Part shown: in pieces, positions 55,661 to 64,000 of the stretch
Layout of the letters: every line of letters starts with the position of its first letter
Numbering within the stretch: the first letter of the stretch is position 1
Assembly (NCBI GenBank): GCA_951406725.2
Contig: OX597828.1
Location: 9,300,001-9,364,000 of the forward strand
Source of the DNA: Octopus vulgaris
Taxonomy: Eukaryota
Direction of reading: 5' to 3'
DNA: 64,000 nt
The notes under the pieces: generated by a model
What the model was told of the DNA's origin: nothing
What the model saw: only the letters and a program-made list of their open reading frames with translations
Database searches by the model: none
Program-made: the position numbers and the translations under genes

Positions 55661-57084
55661 ATAAGCTTGGGCCTTTGCGTTTGACTGCGTTTGGAGGCTG
55701 AATTATATTTATATGCATGTGTGCCCGCATTGTGACTGAATTATATGTCTGAAAAGAAATGTAACGGGTTCAGACATAACTAAAATTAATTGAATAAACA
55801 AATATTACCCATACAAATACGTATTTCATAAAACTCTAACACTAGATGTTTTATTTTATGTAGTTAGAATGATCTGTGTTGACCTTAACAAAAACGGTTC
55901 AGAGACGATACAGAATATCTACAGCATCTCTGATAGTCTCTCTTGATCAATGTCTTCAATTATGGCCTTGCTCACAACGGCCAAGCTTGTCAGTCTGTTC
56001 ACTGTAAAGAGACTGAATAATATATCATGGGCAATAGACTCTATAGCTAATCACTTGAGTTCCTCTTGAACCAATAATTTTGCCGTCCATTTAAAAACAT
56101 CGCTAGATATCTTATAAGTTAGACATCATATATGATATACGTTATCATATCTTCGATATGTAGTTACAGCATTCTGCAATGTTGTATTATTCAGTATCTA
56201 CATTTGAAATAGCTACATGATATTATTATCGCCCTCTAATTACCAAAACCACAGTGAGAGCTCTTATTTATAAGAATAAAGATTAGAAATACGACTGTGT
56301 GTAGCTTTGTTTGTATATACATTTCTATATGTGTGTTGTTTGTGTGCGCGTGGTATGCGCGTGTATGTATGTGTATGCACACACACTCGAGTGCCCAAGC
56401 ACACACACATACACACATAGACACTCGCGCACAGACACGCATGCACTTCTTAGTGGCTTGCAAATCTTGTATCTCAAAACCATGCGTACTCTTCTTTATA
56501 TAAGTAAAAATGTTCGTTAAGACATGCCTACTTATGGAAGGAAAAAAAAATTTGTGCGACAGAAAGATCATCCACTATTTATTTGCATTACAGAAATTGG
56601 TGTCCGCTGGAAGTTTTTCGAAGATTTTAAACAGTGGAAAATCAAAAATAGATGGGGAGCGGATACATCTCTTAAGAAAGTTTTAGCTACTTACGACAAC
56701 AATTGATTCCGATGGACTGGTTGAACATCGGTCTATATAGGTCTACATAGCGTTGTTTTATATTTTCACATTCTTAAGGTATATTCTCAGGTACAAATCA
56801 CACAGATCATGCAGTATTTTTCTACAACAGTTATTTGTTCATAGGAAAGTAACAAAGAATACAAATACAATAAATACACAATGTAGCATAACAAATACGA
56901 GGTTGCGTCGATGTCTCCACGACATGATATTCATCCAACACTTGGGATAACCAGTGGCGATCGATAACCAAACCTAGGTTAAGCGTTTGTTAGCTATCAT
57001 CATCTGTGGACGGGTTAATTTCTAAGAAATTAAACCCATTAGATTTCAACTGGACTATTTATTATAGCTACGAGGAGATGTCGT

Positions 57085-57147
57085 GCCAATCGTCGTAAAG
57101 TTGATCGGTCGTAAGTCGGATAGGTCGTAAGTCGGCGACGACCTGTA
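57085..57147. mobile_element. pogo/Tigger-like terminal inverted repeat end
   Basis: Tandem ggtcgtaagtcgg (57107-57119, 57123-57135) ending in ..gacgacctgTA. The partner end is not clearly seen. Confidence 0.5.
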
Positions 57148-58589
57148 TAGATAGGTACAAGAATGACGGCATGATCTGCAGAGGTTAGCACAGGTGAATT
57201 CATATTCATTCAACCGGGCACACATACGCACCCTCGTACATGCTTAAAAATACCCGGGCGTAACACGAAGAAAAGTACCCCAAAAGATATTTAATTACTC
57301 AAACATTCATGAGCTTGTAAATACGGTGAATGAATTAATTAATGAATAGAGGAAGTAAAAAGGGAAGGAAGGAAGGAAAAAGGAAGGAAGGAAGGAAAAA
57401 AGGAAGGAAGGAATATACCTGTTCCCGTGGTTGAGTATCAAGGGCCACCGGCACAATTACTCCCCCGCGACACACTCAGCGACCACCCATACACATATTG
57501 CTGTCCTCGGTCCATTTTCCCCTTTAATATCAGTGAGCTTTATTTTCTGTCAACTCCGTCCCTGTAAATAAGGGCATAGATATACTGGGCTCCGACAGCA
57601 TTATGTATATGAGTCCCAGCATCCACTTTCGTCCCCATATCCAATAGCTGGAGTGACTTGTACGTATACAAGTATGCGCCATCTTACAGATCTGCAGCAC
57701 TCGCCTCCAATATGATCTCTAGAAAGCTCTCAGTCGGACAAGAAGTGTAGCGGTACCTGTTCCAGATCCTTGCGCTCGCTACAACAAATTAACTCAACTT
57801 CATATGTAATCTTAGACACACAGACGCGCGTGCGCTCGCACACACACTGTCACAAATATGCACATACATACATGCAGTTGGACAGAAAATCTATGGTCCA
57901 CCGTAGCAGCCAGCTGTCCTGCTACTGTAAATATCTCTTTGAAAATCAAAGAGAAAAAGGATCACCATGGACAATTGCTTCGACACCTCCAGCTTCGATA
58001 TCCAGATTATAAATTAACATTTATACTAATAATAATTAGCGAACTTGGTTTTTCAGAAAAAAAGGAGTCAACCAACTAACTTGCACATTACAAAGACAAT
58101 TTTTAAGTGGACCGCTAAGAATATTCAAGACTGTTCACAGGTTTAAAACGCCATGTTATTTTGTCATCTACATTCTAAAGATGTATCTTTGAATCTTTGT
58201 CAGAAAGCAGTTCCTTTTGAGGAAGAATTTAGATAATTAAAAAAGGGGAACACGCGCGCGCACACACGCACACACACGCGCGCTAACACATGCGCATATA
58301 ATCTAAGCATTTCTAGAGTTTAATATAATGGAGTATAAATTCCAGTTTATAGCCGAATGTGCTTCGAGTTTCATTACTGAAATAGATCTGTTTAGTTATT
58401 CTTCGATATTTACATATTTGTCTTCTAAAATAATTTCAACCTGACAGTAGTATGACATATGAATTTTAATTTTTTAAAGCAATATATTTATTTTTCATAT
58501 ATTCGTGATGAAAATCTAACTCAGTGTTACAAATTTCTCCGCCATAAATATTTAGCAGACATTCTACATACATTTGTTTAAAAATGTTG

Positions 58590-58755
58590 ACGCAAGGCCA
58601 GCAATTTTAGGGGAAGGTACGTGTCCTATCGTCTTAGAAAGGGTGAAACGCAAAGTCGACTTCAAGGCTCTTTTAAACAGAGAACGTTAGGACGGAGATA
58701 ATTACGCTAGGCATTTTGCTCTGTGTGCTAAAGATTCTATCAGCTTGTCGCCTTC
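58590..58755 (-). mobile_element. SINE family A, old internally deleted copy
   Basis: gaaagggtgaaacgcaaagtcgac..agaacgt..cagcttgtcgcctt. Confidence 0.7.
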
Positions 58756-58824
58756 AGAAACTCTAAATTTGTTGACTGTAAAGGTTCCGATACATACACA
58801 CATACATACATAATAAAAAATAAA

Positions 58825-59072
58825 TGAGCCTTTTTTAAAGCCTAGCCTGGCTCATGGGCCCGGTTTCCCGGTTTCTATGGCGTATGTGTTCTCCTGGTGG
58901 ACGTGACGCCAGTCCATCGCAGCGTTACTCATTTTGCCAGTTGAGTGGACTGGAGCAACGTGAAATGAAGTGTTTTGCTGAAGAACACAACGCGTCGCCC
59001 GGTCCAGAAATCGAAACCATAATCTTAGAAGCATGATGCTGACACACTAACCACTCAGCCACGCGCCTCCAC
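58825..59072 (-). mobile_element. SINE family C (head Y + tail T1)
   Basis: Reverse complement starts tggaggcgcgtggctgagtggttag, with B-box gtttcgatttc and tail gcgatggactggcgtc..gaaaccgggcccatgagcc. Confidence 0.88.
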
Positions 59073-60209
59073 AACATACATACATGCATACATATATATC
59101 TGTGTGTGCGCGGATGTTAACGTGTATGTGTGGGTCTGTCTGTTTGTGAGGGTGTGTGCATATGTGTTTGTAAGTGTGTGTATATGTGTGCAAGTGTCGA
59201 TTTCAACGTGTATCGTCTTATATTACTATTAGTGTATTGAATGTGACGAACCATTAATCAAAAACACCAAGAACAATTCTCGAAGATTATACAGCCTATC
59301 ACATCGGTATTTGATATGATGGTCACATCACTAGTCTTTCTTGTCCATTCTATATTTCCATTCAGCAACTGTTTCCTTAACCTTGCGATGTCCTTGTCAT
59401 ATCTCGTGGCTCAAATTAAATGTCAAATTTGAAGAAAATCTCTCTCTCTGTTTTTCTTAAAAGGAAGTCGCCATGTGCACAAAACTAATATCTTAATAAA
59501 CAGTAGAAGATATGTCATTCTGACGTAAGATTTAGTATCTCCATGTGACGATTTTCTATCAGGAAATTGAGACGAAAGATCGCAAATGAACTTTGACAGC
59601 AAACAAATGTAACTTGGATGAACGCCGAAAAAGAGCATAGAGAGTAGGATTTTACAAGCTGTAGTTTTCATCGAATGCATAGCTTATGTCAAAATGCGAA
59701 GCTCGGATTTCGATGAGGAGATCAGGAAATATAAACCATTTGATATTGATACAAGACATTGAGGTTAGCAGAACGGTCAGTATTCTTTGACAATCAAACT
59801 AACTTATCGTATTGCAGCGTATGACTACATATATAATGGAGTTAATGCAATAGTTCTCGTCTGAAAACCGTCGCTGTTCATTGTCTTGATTGCATGTTTT
59901 TGTCGGTTGTTTTTGTTAGTTTTGGTGAAACTAATGTTCTTTGTTGATATAGAAGCCAGTTTTATGGAATATGAATAAAAATAATAACAAAAAAATACTT
60001 GAGTGGTTTCAGATGTTATGGTTTCATTGTTTATGTGCATAAGGCTGGTCATGTTTCCGTAACAATTTTATTGTTATATATACTTATACATGCGTGTGTA
60101 TGAGCTAGCGATTGAGAGTGAGAAAGAGAGCGAGTGTGTATATACATTGATAGACATATACATGTGTGTGTGTGTTTCCATGTGTGTGAGTTATATGCAT
60201 ATATACATC

Positions 60210-60265
<56 letters not shown>

Positions 60266-60281
60266 TATATGTATATACAAA

Positions 60282-60314
<33 letters not shown>

Positions 60315-60335
60315 ATAATATGTATGTAGTATGTG

Positions 60336-60383
<48 letters not shown>

Positions 60384-60387
60384 TCTG

Positions 60388-60423
<36 letters not shown>

Positions 60424-60500
60424 GTTATATATATGTATATATATATATAACTATATGTATATATGTACATATAGATATATATATGTATACACACACAAAC

Positions 60501-60567
<67 letters not shown>

Positions 60568-61148
60568 GGTATGTTCGAGAAATATTGAATTTTAAAATAT
60601 CGAAATATAGGTTAATTCTGTTTTAATGCATTGGGGATTTGCATACAAGTCTCAAGTTATATTTCATAAAGTAATGATGGTGTGAACAAGTGCAGCAAGG
60701 TGAAATGTAATGTAGCGTGAAGCTTAAAAGTGATCAAATATTTTCCTGTTTCGACTGGATGTGGAAGGCTGTAAATTATATTCCAAAATTACTGTTCAAG
60801 CATTCCCGTATTAATTGTTTGATCTCACCCTTTCATAGGATACAATTTCTGGTCTGGCACTACCTGTTTTGGGAAGAGTGTATAGGAACAAACAAAATCA
60901 CCCTCTGACATGACATACATACGCACATATCTACGTCCATACATACATCCATACACATACACACTCACACAAACATGTCACAACATGTCTTCAATGCAAG
61001 TCTGATGAAGTACCTCTGTAATGTCTAAAGTCGCAAAGGATACGTAAGTTTTCAGTTCGAATTTTCGCGTAAACTGACTTTGCAAATAGAAACGGTAAGG
61101 AAACAATAAAGGTACGTTAAATAATTTTCCTTATCTCCTTGTCATTGG

Positions 61149-61204
<56 letters not shown>

Positions 61205-61208
<4 letters not shown>

Positions 61209-61550
61209 TAAAATTGTCTGAAGTCGTAAGACGCCCACTGTTTTTGTCCTGTTTACCATTCTTGTTTTTTATTTCTATTTTTTGTTTCTTGTATTTATAT
61301 TCGTGTGGCATCCTGTCTTTGTTTCGTATACATTCGATCCTCTTTCCAAGAAATCTAATGCCTGTGGTTTAGTTTTTCCTGGGGGCTGGCCGGTTCGGAG
61401 CGACATCGAGATTAAACAGCCGAAATTGCTAAGATGATCCGGTTCCCGACTGAAGATTAGAGGCTTCGAGTGACACGTCTGTTTATTTTGTGACATCTCT
61501 TTGTGTGTTTTTGCGTTCTTGTCCCACTTTGTAATTTATATTATATATCT
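61205..61550 (+). repeat. (TA)n-flanked repeat module, homologous to 49230-49402
   Basis: Sequence similarity between the two copies, with microsatellite on both sides. Confidence 0.75.
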
Positions 61551-61551
61551 A

Positions 61552-61616
<65 letters not shown>

Positions 61617-61628
61617 CATACACATATC

Positions 61629-61844
61629 TACGAGGTGTTGTTAAGTAATCTCTGGCTTTGTGTAGAAATAAGTAATTGAGGAACAGTTAATTATGATTTT
61701 ATAAACTTATTCACTTCTCGTGTTCACACACGTATGGAGATCCTTTAGTTTTTTTAAGCCCTGTCAAAGAATTCAGAAGTATGGCGAACAAATCAGAACT
61801 TTGCGGTATCCTTAAAGCCACGAAACTTTCAGCAACGCCTCGCA
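61629..61844 (-). mobile_element. Mariner-derived MITE, copy 3
   Basis: tacgaggtgttg..ctggcttt / aaagccacgaaactttcagcaacgcctcg. Colinear with 31975-32196. Confidence 0.78.
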
Positions 61845-63759
61845 GTGGAAATTCATGCGATTCGTTACGTATTGAGATCAAATCTCACCGAGTTAAATGC
61901 ATAGATGAATATATATATGAGTGCGTACTGGGTAGAGAGTATATAACACACACTGTGCAATCTTAGTTTCTTATCTTTTGTAGCCTGTCTTATAAGTTTA
62001 TGTGAACTGTTTTCAATTCACACCCAAAATAAAACAAATTAACAGTTTTTACGTAACACACAGCCCAACAGACAAAAGCAAAATTTGTTACCTTGAAGTG
62101 CTAACTTAAATGAGATCGCTCTCATTTGTGTTAATATGTTTGTGTTAGCATATCTTTTCTTTTACGCATAATGTTTTGTTTTTTTCTTTTTTCGTTATCT
62201 GAAAATCTCGTTCGATCCCGATGCTGGACCCAACCACAGGTATATATTGCAATTGTCCCCTTCTCGAATCTTTTATCCTCACACCAGGACAATACTTACT
62301 TGTTGGCAGTGAATATGTTGAGGACGTCAGAAGCGTAGGGCCAACATTCGTGTACAGGTTCGCACATATTGAGTCTGGCGTGTTTTCTTGTATTTTCAAT
62401 AGAATAGATTTATTTCGTAAACTTATTTCCTGCGTGGATATCCATATTAAGCTGAAGATCTCATGCTCGTGGTACTGATTAAAATCTGCAGGTCTGTTTT
62501 CTTTGCGAATACTGCCGAGACTCTGATTGCTTTAAGGAAAACTTTCCGGTTACTCAAACTAGATCCTTAAGACAGGTCTTCGTGATAAATCCTTTTTTTT
62601 TTTTACGATAACATACGTGCAGTAAATATTTTCTCTTAAATGATTAACATACATTGATAATTTCATTTATAATACGAGTGGTTAATTGTTTATTCAATGC
62701 CGTACTCAGAAAGTTTTCATTGAATAGAAATTTATTCATTAGTTCAAAAAAAGGAAGAATAGCTAGCGGTAATTGCAAGCAATGCTGAAAGAACTGTAAA
62801 ATAATTTTAAGCAATTAAGCAATAATTTCGTAGAAAATTGAATATTTTCATGCCCAGAGCAAAGTATATATTCTGTCGCGAACTACTTTACATATGATAC
62901 TATAAGTTCTAATGAGATTTCCGTTTTAGCGAGGCGTTTCCACAATGCTGTGTGGTTCTATTTCAGAGTGCTGTTGTGAGAATTATTTTAGCAGAATAAA
63001 TACAATTGTGTAAAGTAATGTATCATGTACCTTTCTATATCTGATTTCTGTTAGTTTATCATTTATTTTAAGTATAAACTCAAATCAGTTTTAGGAAAGA
63101 TATAGGTTCTAAAATTTATTTTAAATTACGTGAAAATCTATTGCCACCTGTATTCAGTGGTTAGATAGCGAAAGTTTAGCATCATCTTTGTTCTTTGTGT
63201 AGATCCTTAAAAACTTTAAAAAATGAGAAAAAATATGAATCATGGTTCCTCCAGTGTGAAGTAACGCGCTATAAAGTCGACATATTTATCATCAGACCGG
63301 ATATGAAATCGATAGCTTTGAACAAAATGAACGCCACTAAAAGTAGCTGAGAAGTTGGCACTAGTTTTCAACCGAACGTCTTAAGAAATCAACGACCCAC
63401 AAAATGCTTTTGAATTTTATGTTTGAAGAGTAATCGATACAGGAGTCTGCAAAAAGAAAGAAAGAACGCGAAGCAGGAGTTTCGCGGACTTGAAAGTTTA
63501 AAATGTTTAAATAAAGAAAAAAACTATTGTAATAATAATCTGGTAGGAGTTCGGAAACATAGAAATTTGTGATTATTGTGAAGATAACTAAAATTTTGTT
63601 GACTCCGATCAACAAAACTTAAACCGTTAAACAACTGGCAAAAAATACCCAGAGTGAAGTTGCTTGTAAGATGCAAATTATATATGTGTCAGTGTGCGTG
63701 TGTGTGTGGGTGTCTATGTGTGCATGTATCTACAAATATATATATATATATATGTGTAT

Positions 63760-63789
<30 letters not shown>

Positions 63790-63795
<6 letters not shown>

Positions 63796-63973
63796 TTCGC
63801 TCCTTTTTTTCTCTCCTTGTTTCTCTCCTCGTTTTTTCTGTGTCCCTTTCCGTAGAAGAGCGTCGGCTCGAAACGTAAAAGAGTTTTTTCTATTCCTGAA
63901 CGTTATACTAATACACCTGTTTATTTTGTACACTACCTGTCTTCGTCTTTTGTTTTATTTGTGAACTCTCCCT
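63790..63973 (+). mobile_element. ~180-bp repeat module with variant hammerhead motif (63842-63883), copy 2
   Basis: gtc-cc-ttt CCGTAGA A GAGC-gtcg-GCTC GAAACGTA aaagag, with (TA)n on both sides. Confidence 0.8.
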
Positions 63974-64000
63974 AAGCATATATATATATATATATATATA

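Noticed and set aside
59423-59680. 85-aa minus-strand ORF with a hydrophobic N-terminus
   Set aside because: Length is compatible with chance and there is no recognisable family or splice context.
61002-61058. CTGATGA-A-GTA..TAC-GTAA hammerhead-like motif
   Set aside because: GAAA is mutated and stems I and III do not pair. It may be a relic but is unsupported.
61375-61480. GGCTG/CAGCC-GAAA and a downstream CTGAAGA in the repeat module
   Set aside because: No consistent three-stem hammerhead could be built by hand.

Overview
This is a very AT-rich, microsatellite-dense eukaryotic window with no recognisable host protein-coding exon, rRNA, true tRNA or CRISPR array. It looks like intronic or intergenic DNA from a repeat-rich invertebrate. 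The repeat repertoire resembles octopus (coleoid cephalopod) DNA, which is an inference from pattern recognition only. Almost all supplied ORFs are microsatellite translation noise. The identifiable content is transposon-derived: one young 5'-truncated CR1-group LINE with an uninterrupted ~600-aa RT ORF, an RTE 3' end with a 10-bp TSD nested in a SINE, five fragments of restriction-like-endonuclease (Dong/R4-type) LINEs next to (TAA)n, an L1/Tx1 relic, Penelope-like (PLE) relics, two mariner relics, three copies of a mariner MITE, a Chapaev-3-like relic, and three tRNA-headed SINE families with many copies. Five signals stand out. (1) A set of type I hammerhead-ribozyme motifs sits in (TA)n-embedded PLE-type modules, one apparently intact (20202-20287) and several with variant cores. 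(2) A LINE and a SINE share a 3' stem-loop with compensatory base changes. (3) SINE heads and tails are combinatorially shuffled, and one TSD-bounded SINE/LINE-tail chimera is present. (4) REL LINE fragments are associated with (TAA)n in a consistent orientation. (5) There are several unexplained hairpins and palindromes, one of pre-miRNA size. All coordinates were read by eye, and ends of degenerate elements are approximate.
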